DNA of 61,999 bases, filler included, from Gonapodya sp. JEL0774 (lineage: Eukaryota), in the NCBI GenBank assembly GCA_027604505.1. It is 8 parts of 8 records of this genome, joined end to end, with 100 filler letters (N's around TTAATTAATTAA, not from the genome) between each part and the next. Parts side by side here need not be neighbours in the genome. Positions count along the whole stretch, not along the records: positions 46,705 to 54,309 come from JADIIX010000492.1; positions 54,410 to 61,999 come from JADIIX010000493.1; 6 more parts are not named here. One strand, written 5' to 3'. This document shows, piece after piece, positions 49,224-60,600 of this stretch. The notes below the pieces were generated by a model. The model was not told the DNA's origin and did not search any database. It saw nothing but the letters and a program-made list of their open reading frames with translations. Positions within the stretch are counted from its first letter, which is position 1; each line of letters starts with the position of its first letter. A program made the position numbers and the translations under genes.

Positions 49224-50756
49224 ATGGCCGCCAAGAAACCCACGCAAATTGACCTCTCAAGTATGAGCAGGTTGGAGCTCGAGCTCTGGGCAAAGGATCA
49301 GCAGATTCTCGCTTTGAAGCATCAGCTCCTCGTCCAGGAGCATGAAGCCACCATACAGAGGCAGAAGGACGAGAAAGGCAAGCTGGACGCCAGAGCGCTA
49401 CTTCAGAAAAGTGGGTGTCCGTGTGTTGGGGTTCGCGAGCGCTGTGTCTCACACTCCGTTCGGTGTCGGCCCATAACGTGTCTAGAATTGCTACTTGATT
49501 GCACAAAGGAAAAACAAAACTGTGACAAGGTGCTGACTAAGATGGATATTAAGCTGAGTTAGTAGACACCTCGTTGGCACACATTTGCGAGCTATTCGTG
49601 AAGATAAACTCGTGTTTACCGGAAACAGATGTCAAAGATCTCCAGGCTGGCTGGCTCGCCGACGTGCGGCCTGACGATGTGCCTGCGAAACTTAAAGTGA
49701 TTGGTAAAGAGGTTGAAGAACATCTCAAGGCAAATAATTTTGGGGAATCGGCAATTCGAGAGTTCAAGGATGCATTCAAAGTCCTGGTTGATGCAGTGTC
49801 CTCTACAGGCGCCGCCATACTTGTCAAGCTGGGAATCACAAAGCTTGTTGCAAAAGCGATGAGCTCTCACAAGGGCCTTACTGCTTCTGGAGCTATGAAG
49901 TACTTGGGGGCCGTGGTGAGCGATGCTCTGGAACCAGAGAAATGCACGATTAAAATCGACTGGACCGTAGCCCTCAGTCGCCAAGAAGACAGCGCTGTTC
50001 TGCGGACTGGTGGTAACGCTCGGGATAACCGCTCTAGTCGTCTCCAAGACGTGGATGCGTTTCAAGGAGATGAAGGAGATTGAGGGCGAGCTCGAAGCAT
50101 TGGGCGATTCCGTCAAGGATATGTTTCAGGAGGTAGTGGCTCTCAAGGTCGAGGCCGATATAAGTGAGTGCCGTGAACCGCTCAATAGGAAGCGTCGATA
50201 CAATGTTTCCATTTCAGACCAATTTCTCGAAAAGGCTCTTCAGAAGCTTGGAAGCATCACAGGCATCATGGAGATGACCGATGAAATATCAAAGAAACTG
50301 CAAGACCTCGGAGAGCAAGCACAGGCGGCCAAAAGAAGGCATGCCGTGGGGCTGGGGGGCGCGTGAGTCTCGCAACGTGATGGTTTGTGCGCCCATGTTC
50401 TCATCATACTTCGCAGCATTACCGGCACTGTCGTTGCCGTCGGGGTGGCAAGTGTTGCAATCGCCGTCGCTACTGCTGGAGTAGCTTTGCCCGCAGTCGC
50501 CGCCTCCGCCGCTGCCGTTGGAGCGTCTGAGGGCGTCTTAATTAACGCCGTTGGAGGCGTTGGTGTCGCAGGAGCAGCGGCAGGTGCTGGCGGCATTGCG
50601 GGCACGGCGCTTGGCTTCAAGTGGAACAACAATCTTCTCAAAATTGTTAAAGAGAACAGGTATCATCTCAAGTCCATGGTTGTGACAATGAGGAGCAGTA
50701 TTGATATCATTGAGGCGAAAACCGTTGAGTCCTTGACGGTTGATTCCCAGTATTAA
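49224..50756 (+). CDS. Helical coiled-coil protein with long Gly/Ala/Val-rich hydrophobic segments, function unknown; 4 exons
   Basis: Introns at about 49411-49553, 49916-49970 and 50363-50416 join four ORFs. Hydrophobic runs TALFCGLVVTLGITALVV and ITGTVVAVGVASVAIAVATAGVALPAVAA...GGIAGTALG. Confidence 0.75.
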
Positions 50757-51238
50757 TCGATATTGGTGCGAAGTTTAGTGTATCCAGTGGAGAACATGAA
50801 CACATGGCTAGTTTTCTACTGTCTTTGTTTCACATTGAAGCGGTCAATGGTGCTCCTATCTACAGTACATATCGTCAGGCCATATTGTTCTAGATCGCTT
50901 CATTGAAATGAGTAACTGAGGAAGCAAGGGAATCTTGTTTTCGTAAAAGCGAACAGAACAACAAACATTGCAGTCAGTCGATCGCCTCCTCGGGTGTTGG
51001 TCGTTGTAGCTGCTATCCAATCGAGCGATTATTGCGCTTTCTGCGACCGACATTTTCAGCTGAAATGGCCGATCTCCACTGTGTTCGTATGTGCAATGTA
51101 TTCAGCAATTTGCTCTCCTGTGTGAGATCGTTGTATGTGGATAAAACCCAGTAAGACAGAGTTGAGTGTCCACTCTGTTGTGATCCAATGGCCTGTGACT
51201 CCGTGGAAGAGCTGCCTCCGTCTGAACCCGAATCTACC

Positions 51239-51493
51239 TGTTGGTTATCGCAGTGCAGCGACTAGGGGAGCTGTGGACGGTGCCCGATCCACTTGTGGGA
51301 TGCGCAGCAAGCGCAGCACGCGCAGCAGTGCGCAGTATTGGGGCGAGTAGACGTTATAAAAGGCGAGAAAACTATATTGTATTTGGAAGTGTACATCATT
51401 ACATTTAAGTACCGGGAGAACCTCTGTCCCCGCCCCGTCCTGTCCATCCACCGACATACCGAGAAGGACCACTGTGTTACGAGACTGTTTACA
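51239..51493 (+). mobile_element. Solo LTR (255 bp) with 5-bp target-site duplication CTACC
   Basis: Begins TGTTGG, ends TTTACA; CTACC at 51234-51238 and 51494-51498; internal TATAAA near 51356. Confidence 0.75.
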
Positions 51494-51599
51494 CTACCCA
51501 CTCAGCAACCACGACAGTCAGTCTTGAAGCAAGGAAAGGCAAACGTATTCCACCGATTTCCGAAACAGCCGATTCTGAGGAACCCTCTATTTCTGCTCA

Positions 51600-52030
51600 G
51601 GTTCATAAACATTGTTTTGGGACATGATTGTAGACACGATTCTAGACACCGACGTTTGGGACACGTTTGGGACAAAGTATGTTTCGGGGAAGGGCAACTT
51701 CTTCTGGGACTCTGGTGCTACACGGCACGCATCCCCATTCCTGGACAATTTCGAAACGCTTATTCCGTTCTCTTCGGAGGTTCATCTGGCCAGTGGCAAG
51801 AAGGGGTCTGCCCACGGTTGTGGTACGATTCGATTCCAGACAAGTTCTGGCACGATGGTGCTCTAGAACGTATTGTACTTGCCCGACCTGAAGATGAAGC
51901 TGATTTCTGGCCGCAAACTCGCGAAGGAAGGGGTGTCTTTCCACAGTGCGGGTTCGGAGGTCGTCTTTGCCAATCAAGGCGGGAAGTCGGTGATGGTGGC
52001 CGCCGAGGATGAACAAACTGGACTCTAAGG
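51600..52030 (+). mobile_element. Ty1/copia pol remnant (protease and pre-integrase region) with in-frame stop
   Basis: FFWDSGATRHAS...HLASGKK..AHGCGTI...VL*NVLYLPDLKMKLISGRKL. Confidence 0.85.
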
Positions 52031-52780
52031 TTAGGGGTTCAATTGTGTGATCAAGATTCCAGTGACTCGCTCTCCGACATGATCCATTCTGGACAAGAAA
52101 TTGTTTGCATGTGAACGATGGCTTGGCGCGATAGTTTGACGCCTGCGCTAGAGTTTGACTGAGTAGGGTGGACTTGCCACGCCTTTGGAGTGACATGGGG
52201 ATTTGTGGGCTATATTAAGGGACCAACAGGTTCATCAGTTGGAAAGTGCTTTACTCACGTTCTCTCAGTGAGTGCTCGCATGCCGGACTTGCCCCTCGCC
52301 AAGTGGATCAGTTTGGGTGGCTTCGCTGAGCAACAACGTCTCAGTGCATTCTCTCGAATGAGCACGAAATGAGTCCCGTTACTTTGCAATCTGCGCGAAG
52401 GCGCTGGAACATCGAAGTACCCCTAAGCGTGATGGAGGAGGTAGCACTCCCCTTGAGATTCCAACGTTGCGTAATCTCATCATTAAGTTTGGTCCGGTAT
52501 GTAAATATATATATATATTATTTGCGGTATGTAAAATGGCCTGTGCAAATCTAGCCTCCGCGCGCTTCCATCTCTTCAACAATCTAGCATTCACAAATGT
52601 CGATCTGATTTTGATAGCTGTCCTGCAACTTGTTTTTGTTATCCTGGGTGATCCCTGGGGTGTTTGTTGTAGCGTATATACGACCTCACGGGAGCTTATA
52701 TTGAGCTCACGGGTTTTCTAGATGTTCAAGATTTCAACGTGAGCGCAATCACCAAGTGAACCCTAATATACGTATGAAAC

Positions 52781-53434
52781 TTACAAATCCATCGCGACAA
52801 TAAGTTCCTGTATCCCTTTTGCCATGGTATTATGTACAGGCGAGTCGCCCTCATCGGCGAACCAGGACATAGCCCTCCGCGCAGACTTCCACATCTCGCC
52901 GCAGATGCGGCCCGATACAGAGCGTGGCAGCTTCTTCACACTGCCAGTCGAGCCAGTCGAGACGTCGTACTCCTTGCTGAGGTATTCCGTGAAGGAGCAT
53001 TCTTGGTGGCCGGTGGCGCGGTCGTCCAGGAAGCTAAACACCCCTTTGCCCTTAAGTTGGTTGACCTGCTTCATGGTCAGGCACAGGTTCCAATTCTTAT
53101 TCACGACATCCTCGCGCAGGACCTTGACGATGTCGTCACGATCCTCCTCCTCCAGCTTCGCCGCGACGTCCCCGGCCAACTGCTTTTCCCAGATATGGTC
53201 GAGCTCATACTGGTCTATGTCTTGAATATCGTCCATCTCTATGGCCTTCCGGGTATACGGGTCCATATGGTCATATATCTTGACGACGGAATTCGCACGT
53301 GTTCTTCGAAGGCCGAATTCACCCAAGTGGTCCAGATTGACAGAAGGTATGCCCGGGTCGTGCTTGACGCAGCAGTAGTTATAATGGGCCTTTGGATCGT
53401 TCTGCATGGACGACCGTCTACCTATCCGAGGCAT
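52781..53434 (-). CDS. Intronless 217-aa protein with an HNH-like nuclease motif
   Basis: DPYT...ELDHIWEKQL...VVNKNWNLCLTMKQVNQLKG follows the DH...NL...N..K pattern; GC-rich third codon positions support coding. Confidence 0.65.
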   Translation of the reverse strand: MPRIGRRSSMQNDPKAHYNYCCVKHDPGIPSVNLDHLGEFGLRRTRANSVVKIYDHMDPYTRKAIEMDDIQDIDQYELDHIWEKQLAGDVAAKLEEEDRDDIVKVLREDVVNKNWNLCLTMKQVNQLKGKGVFSFLDDRATGHQECSFTEYLSKEYDVSTGSTGSVKKLPRSVSGRICGEMWKSARRAMSWFADEGDSPVHNTMAKGIQELIVAMDL

Positions 53435-54600
53435 TTGATTTTGTGGAACTGGAAGGTGAAAAGTGGGACACTGGGAGAGCTGGTGTTGATTTGGGATATG
53501 GCAGGTTTGAGAAGAGGTTTTTTTGTTTTCGTTCTTTGTTTTAGATCCCCGTTTGTGCTTAGCAGCGTCTTTGCTATAGTTCGAGAGAGTCTTGTTTTTG
53601 TAGTATCTATTTGTGGTAAATAATTGAGTAAGCTGTAAAAGTCTTTGTCCCGTCAGGGCTCTTTTCGTTCATTCGGAGACGACGAGAGGAAAGGTTGTGC
53701 GAAATCGTGTTGTGTTGTTTGGTGTTCACCAACTCCAATCGCCTCCCTCACCCACATCCAACCCGCGCCGTAGCGCTCGACCAACTTAATTCTTTCCGCT
53801 TATCCCCAATTACCCTCACGCAATCTCTCTGCCTGGTGTTCCCTCGACCACCCCACACTCGCGTCTTCCCATCCCAAACTGCTTCCGCGCAACACATCAC
53901 CGATCCGTAACACCAGTCGCAACAGTACTGCAGCGAATGAAAAGACCGATTACCCGGGATTATCCTGTCTGCAAAATGTGGATGTTGAACGGTGACGGGC
54001 TGGATGGAAAGTTGTGAGTGCCGTTGATCATGACGATCATCCGGGACAGGGGAGGATTGACGAAGGCAGATGAAACGCGAGAACAAGAAAAGGTGAACTC
54101 GCAGCTGTGGAATCGCAGATGGCAAGTAAGCTGTGTCATTTTCGTTTCCCGATTTGTATGTATGATCTTCGTGATCATGGACAACTTTGTCCTTCCACCC
54201 CGAACGAAGCCAACTACGCTGGAATTACGGGTGGGAGCCACGCCAATCCCATCACGATGAGCGTTGGTGTGAGGTCGATGGATTGCATGACACGGATGGT
54301 CGTGTGGAANNNNNNNNNNNNNNNNNNNNNNNNNNNNNNNNNNNNNNNNNNNNTTAATTAATTAANNNNNNNNNNNNNNNNNNNNNNNNNNNNNNNNNNN
54401 NNNNNNNNNCAAGTTCAAGTCGTCATACTTGGGCTTTAAAGAGACATATAATCGAACCATCTTGTGGGACATATCCACCTCCTACAAACTTTGGCGCGGG
54501 CGGCAGGGATTTGTCAAGGTCCACTGTTGTTACTTGATTCCAACAACATCTTGCAAATCCAACAACAATAAGTAACCTGCTATAACTTATTGTTGAAAAG

Positions 54601-57600
54601 ATGTCAGTGACATCTATTGGAAGGTTAGACCATGACACTAAAGATGTCACAATGTGGTTCAAACTCTTTGAACATAAGTTCAAAGAGAGGGACGGAAGAA
54701 ATGATGGGTTCCCTGAAGAGCTTCTTCCTGGGCTGCTTGTCAATCATTGCGATCCAGCACTTCATGATGACATACTGGTTATGCAATCATATAGAGACGG
54801 TAACTGGAAGCAATTCATTAAGGATATCCAAGCTTTTCTTAGAAAGGAAAAGGAGGATAAGACTGTGACAGAACTCACCAAAGATTTTGAGAAGGGACTC
54901 AAGAGTGACCAAAAATCACTTGGTGTTAAGAGATGGTTCCGAAAAGCAAGGGAGGCAGCTGAACTTTTGGTTGAAAGGAAGTATGAGACCACATACTCAA
55001 TGGTTAGAAGAATAAATGACCACCTTTCAGAAATTCACCTCCAAAAGTTAAGGCGGTTAATTGAATTATCATCAACTCCCATTGATGTGAAAAACATAAA
55101 CTTTGATGAATGGGAAAAATTGGTTTTAGAAGCATGTGGAGAAGGGGAAAAACGAGAGGAGCCTCTGACTACCAAGGAAAGAGATGCTCTTGCAAAAAAT
55201 GAAAATGTTAAGGATGATATCAGTATAGGGGAATTAGAGGAGAAGTTTAGAGAACTCAGAATCCACGAAGCCCGGTATGGGTTGACTAGAGAAATGAGGG
55301 AAAGGATGAAATCCATCCAAGATTGGATCAATGAGAAAAGAGGAACACTTCCGAAACAAACTGGTGGGGCACAAATAGTAGCTACCCCAGAAGGTGGTTC
55401 GAAGAAGGAAACTCCAAGGGTTCCTTCTAAATGTCTAGGTTGTGGTACTGTTGGTCACAGTATCAAAAACTGTTTCTCTATGAAGAACTTGGCTTCAAGA
55501 GGTTCTATTAGAATTGGAGACGATGGACTTATCTACTACCCTGATGGAAGTAGAGTCCAATTCTCCAGATCTATGATGGAGACAGAAGGAAAAACAATGG
55601 TACAAATCATTGAAGAAAGAGCTAGAACTGAACAAGGGAATGCTGTAGCAAACCCTGCTGTCATTGAGTATGATGGGACAGATGATTATATCTATCCTAA
55701 AACCACTCAAAGAGCTATTCCAGTATGGCCAGTGAATCTTGATGACTCATATGACCCATATGAAAATGAAATCTATGATGACCATCAGTTCATATTTGGA
55801 GAAAGCGAGGATGAAGAAGCGTATGAAATGACTTTTAGTTCCAATCCTGCAGAAACAAGGGGAGGAAAGACCAGGAGGGATGAGGGAAGGTACAAACCTC
55901 ATGCTCGTCCAAATACTCCTGTAGATAGTATAACCCAAAATGGACCACCTCAGAATGGTGTTAAGGACAAAAAGTCTGACCTAACACCACAAGCAAAAAA
56001 AGGGGTCCAGTTTAACCCCCAAGATCAAATGATTGTGGATAATCCTGATGGAAAAGGGAAAGGGGTAGAAAGGCCACCACCACAATTCAAAGGAATTAGT
56101 GCTGGGAGAGATCAAGGCCAAGTAAACCGAGCCCCTGATACTGAAAAAGAGAGGAATCTTCAGCTAGCAGATAGATTTGCAGCTGAGTTCCTTGAAACAA
56201 AAGCCACTTTGCCTATAAAAGATTTGATCAAAGTAGGACCATATGTAGCATCTGCAATGATCAAAGCACTTAGGGAGGCGGGTGGAAACAGATTTATTGG
56301 AGGATATAGCAAGCCCAAACTAACTGATGATACCATCCCCGTGGTATCAGCAGTCTGGCAATCACCGGATGATGATGATGTTAAGGAAAGTCCTCTGTTT
56401 GGTACCATTGTGTACCTTACAGCCAGGGTGCAGGGAAAACCTGCAGTGTTAATGCCAGATAGTGGCTCAGAGATCAACATATGTGGGGAAAACCATGTTA
56501 AGGAATATGGTCTCACAATGGAAACTGAAGTCTCCAAGACCTGGAGAGTGAGAGGAATTGGAGGAACAGATGATGTGGTTGGCCTTGCCATGGGCATCAT
56601 TGAACTAAATGGATGCAAAGTGAAAGCAGCATTCCATGTGATTGGACAAAGGGCTGACTTCCTGCTGGGAAGACCCTGGATAAGGTTCCTCCAGTATCAG
56701 TCTGTTGATACTGAAGGAGACTATGTGGAGATCAGTCACATTGATCCCGCAAAACCTGAAAGAGGAAGGATTAAATCCTTTATCAAATATGAGCTGATTG
56801 AAGAATATAGAAACAAAATCCGACGTGGGGAAGCAGCTCTTGGGTTAGCAATAAGGAAGGAGAATCTACCCAATGACACTTCTGCAGAAAAACCTGAGGT
56901 CAGAAAAGTTGAAGTTAGAAGGATGGAGTTTGATGTGGGGTATACAAGGGTATGGGAAGCCATTCTCAACCCACCCTCACTCACTAGTGACTTTGCAAGT
57001 CTGAAGGGGTTTCAAGACATGAAATTCCTAGGAAGAGGAGAGATGGAAATCAATCTAAAAAAATTAGATTTCCAGAAGGACAAACCTCAAGAGACAAATG
57101 TTGAACCAGCTGAGGTTGAAGAAGAATGTGAAGAGTTTGAAGAAACACAAGGCAGCTTAACTGTCAATGAGGATCTTGCACATCCCTCCATTGAAAAAAG
57201 ATTTAGTGGAAGAGATGTGAAGAAGAGATATGCAAAACTAGCAAAAATTATTGCTGAATGTGTTGATGGAGTGGTGGCGAAAGCATATGGTCTCCCCTTA
57301 AATGGCAGGACCATCCCTGTGACTAACCCTGTGACCATCAAAACACAAAAACTTGTGAGGCCGTTCTTAAATGAAGAATGCAAGCCTTACTTTGACACAT
57401 TATCTATGGGGTACTCTTTGAAAGAAGTACAAAGGATGAAAGCACAATCAAGGGAGAGGGAAAAGGCCACTCTCAAGAAGAGTCAGGCAAACAAATACAG
57501 CAGATTTGTGGAGGATCTCAATGAGTCAGAAGCAAAAAGGAGGGTGGAAACCCTTCCCACAAATACTGCTCATAAGAGGGTAAAGGATAAAGTGAAACCG

Positions 57601-60600
57601 GTAAACAAGGATCTGGCTGATCCACACTGGCCAAAACTGCCACCAGATCAAACCAAATATGTAGAAGATCTCAACAGACCAAAGAGATCAATTCTAAGAG
57701 TCCTGAATGATGAACAAGTCAATCAGATCTACCAGAGTATTGGAACAGAAGGTGTTATTTGGGAAGTGGAAAGGATATACCTTCTTGGAATCATTCTTGA
57801 GTACCCAAATGCAATAGCATTTGATGATAGTCAGATGGGAAGACTAAGGGAGGACATATATCCAGCTTTCAGATGGTTCTCTATTGACCATCAACCCTGG
57901 AATTATCCTTCAAGAAAGATGAATGTAATGATGAGAGAGGTAGCAGTAAAGCTCCTCAGAAAGAAACAGACTGCTGGGTTGTTGGAAATGGCTTCATCCC
58001 CATACAACAACCAGTGGTTCATGATAAGAAAGAAGGAAAACAATCCAAGTAAACCGATAGAGACACTTTGGAGGATGATTATCAACCTTATTCCAGCTAA
58101 TAAGGTGATGATAAGAGATGCTGGTCGACCCCCTTCTGTTTGGGAATACACAGAAAGATATGGTGGAAGTGTGATAAACTCATGCTTTGACATGTATTCT
58201 GGATATGATCAGTTTCCCTTAGATGTATCTTGTCGAAATCAGACAGCCTTCCAAACTCCATTGGGTCAATTAAGATACACTGCAGTTCCCCAAGGTGGAG
58301 CAACTGCTGTTGGTGGCTATCAAACCAGAATGAGCCATGTCTTAAGGGACACAGAAGCTGATCCATTTGTGGATGATTGTGGGCTTCCTGGACCAAAAAG
58401 CTGGTACAACCATATGCTAAGTATTGTGCCAGGGGTTAGACAAACAATTTATGAACATGGTCAAGAAATGAGAAAATATTTTGAAGCCATTCAATGGGCA
58501 AACCTCACTGCATCAGGTCACAAGATGAAGGTTGCAAAACCTGGCTTAGTTATGACTGGCATCATCTGTGATGCAGAGGGACGTAGACCCGAGACTAAGA
58601 AGTTATCAAAAATGACAAACTGGCCAACCCCCAAGACAAACTCAGATGTTAGGGGCATACTTGGCTTAATGAACTTCTACAGACTGTTTGTGAGGAATTA
58701 CAGCCTCATGTTGAGGCCAATTCACCCCTTAATGTCTGGTCCTAAGGGTGAAAGAATTACTTGGACTGAAGACCATGAACATGCTTTGAAAGAAGTCATG
58801 CAAAAGATTCTCAGTGCACCCTCACTGAAAACTGCTGATCTGTCAGATGGGGCTCCTCCCATGATAGTGTCAACTGATGCCTCAAATCTTGGGTGGGGGG
58901 CTACCTTAGAACAAGACGATGAAAAGGGATACAGACACCCTTGTCTTTTTGAATCAGGGGTATGGAATAAACCTCAAACTAAGTATGCCACAGTGACTCA
59001 AGAGTTACTGGCAGTTGTTAAAACATTTAAGAAATGGGTGAGATACCTTATGAAGAGGTTTATTCTTCAAATGGACTCCAAAACTTTAGTTCAGATCATC
59101 AATAAAGGCCCAGATGATCTCCCCAATGCTCAAATGAGCAGGTGGATAGCTTATCTTCTATTGTTTGACTTTGATGTTAAACACGTGGATGGGAACAAGA
59201 ACCCAGCTGATGCACTTTCCAGGAGGGGAGTGAATGTTGGTGATTCTGAAAGTAGCCACCAAGATGTTGACGAATTTGTGGATGAGAAACTATTTAAAGC
59301 TGGGGCTACTTCCTTAATAGAAGAGGAGCTAATTGAGTTGAAGGAAAACCGATATGAGGGAAGAGACCTAGAAATTGCAAGGTTCTTGGTTTCTTTGAAG
59401 AGACCAGAAACCATGAAGGAAGAAGGAATCTTCAGAAGATTTAGAAAAAATGCTGCTAAGTTCTATGTCGGCTCAGACGGGCTTCTTTACAGAAGACCTA
59501 AGATTGAAACCCAACTTCCCAGGTTGGTACTTTCGAGATTAACTGATAAACAAGAAGCCATCCACAGAATTCATGACGCATTAGGGCATAGAGGCTGGCA
59601 AGCAACTTTGTCTAATTTGCAACAGACATTCTGGTGGCCAACTATGGAAAAAGACGTGAGATTACACAATAAAACGTGTGATGCATGTCAGCGATGGGAG
59701 GGAATCAGATACACTGAAAAGCCTCACCCAACATGGGTAAGAGCTCTTTGGGAACGCATCTATGTTGATGTTGTCCACTTTGGGACGGGGTACAATGGTT
59801 ACACGTGTGCCTTAATGGTCCGCGAAGGACTTTCATCATGGCCTGAAGGAAAAATGTTCAGAGACAAACTTAATGCAAAACAGATCCAGGATTTCCTCTA
59901 TGAAGAGATCTTCTGCCGTTATGGTGGAGTTCTTGAGGTTGTTATGGATAATGCTTCAGAAATGACTGCTGCTGTCCAACCTGACTTGACAGGCAGATTT
60001 GATCTCACAAAGATCAATATCTCTGCTCATCACTCTCAGTCAAATGGCCCTGTTGAGAGAGGTCATCGACCCATAATCTCAGCACTAGCAAAAATGTGTA
60101 ATGGCAGTCCTCGAGATTGGCCCAAGTACTTTCACACTGCTCTTTGGGCAGACAGAATTACTGTGAAGAAGAGCACTGGGTATACCCCATACTACTTGCT
60201 CTTTGGTACTGAATGTAGTATTCCATCCAAGCTTACCTTAGAGTCCTTCTTTGGTATTGCATGGAGTGAAGTGAAAACTGAGGAAGAGCTCTTAGCAGCT
60301 CGAATTATGCAGTTATCTTTGAAAGATGATCACCTTGTAGATGCTGCTAAGACCTTGAAGACAAAGCGCCAAGAGTACGCTTCTAAGAAGAAGTTTAACC
60401 CAAGGCCAGCCTCTCTGAAAATCCAGGAAGGTGACCTGGTGCTTCGTTATAATATGAAGTTTGTGAAGACATGGACGGGAAAACTCCATCAGAAATGGCT
60501 TGGGCCTTACCGTGTTGAAAGAATCTTAAGAAATGGGACTATGTATCTATCTGAATTAAGTGGGGAACCTCTTAGAGGAACATATCCTCCTGATCAAGTG

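Noticed and set aside
49916..50083. Apparent frameshift between ORFs 49574-50083 and 50010-50366
   Set aside because: Resolved by a GTGAGC...CGTAG intron at 49916-49970.
7863..54409. Regularly spaced TTAATTAATTAA motifs and apparent gene clustering across the window
   Set aside because: These are artificial linkers between size-sorted contigs; adjacency across them has no biological meaning.
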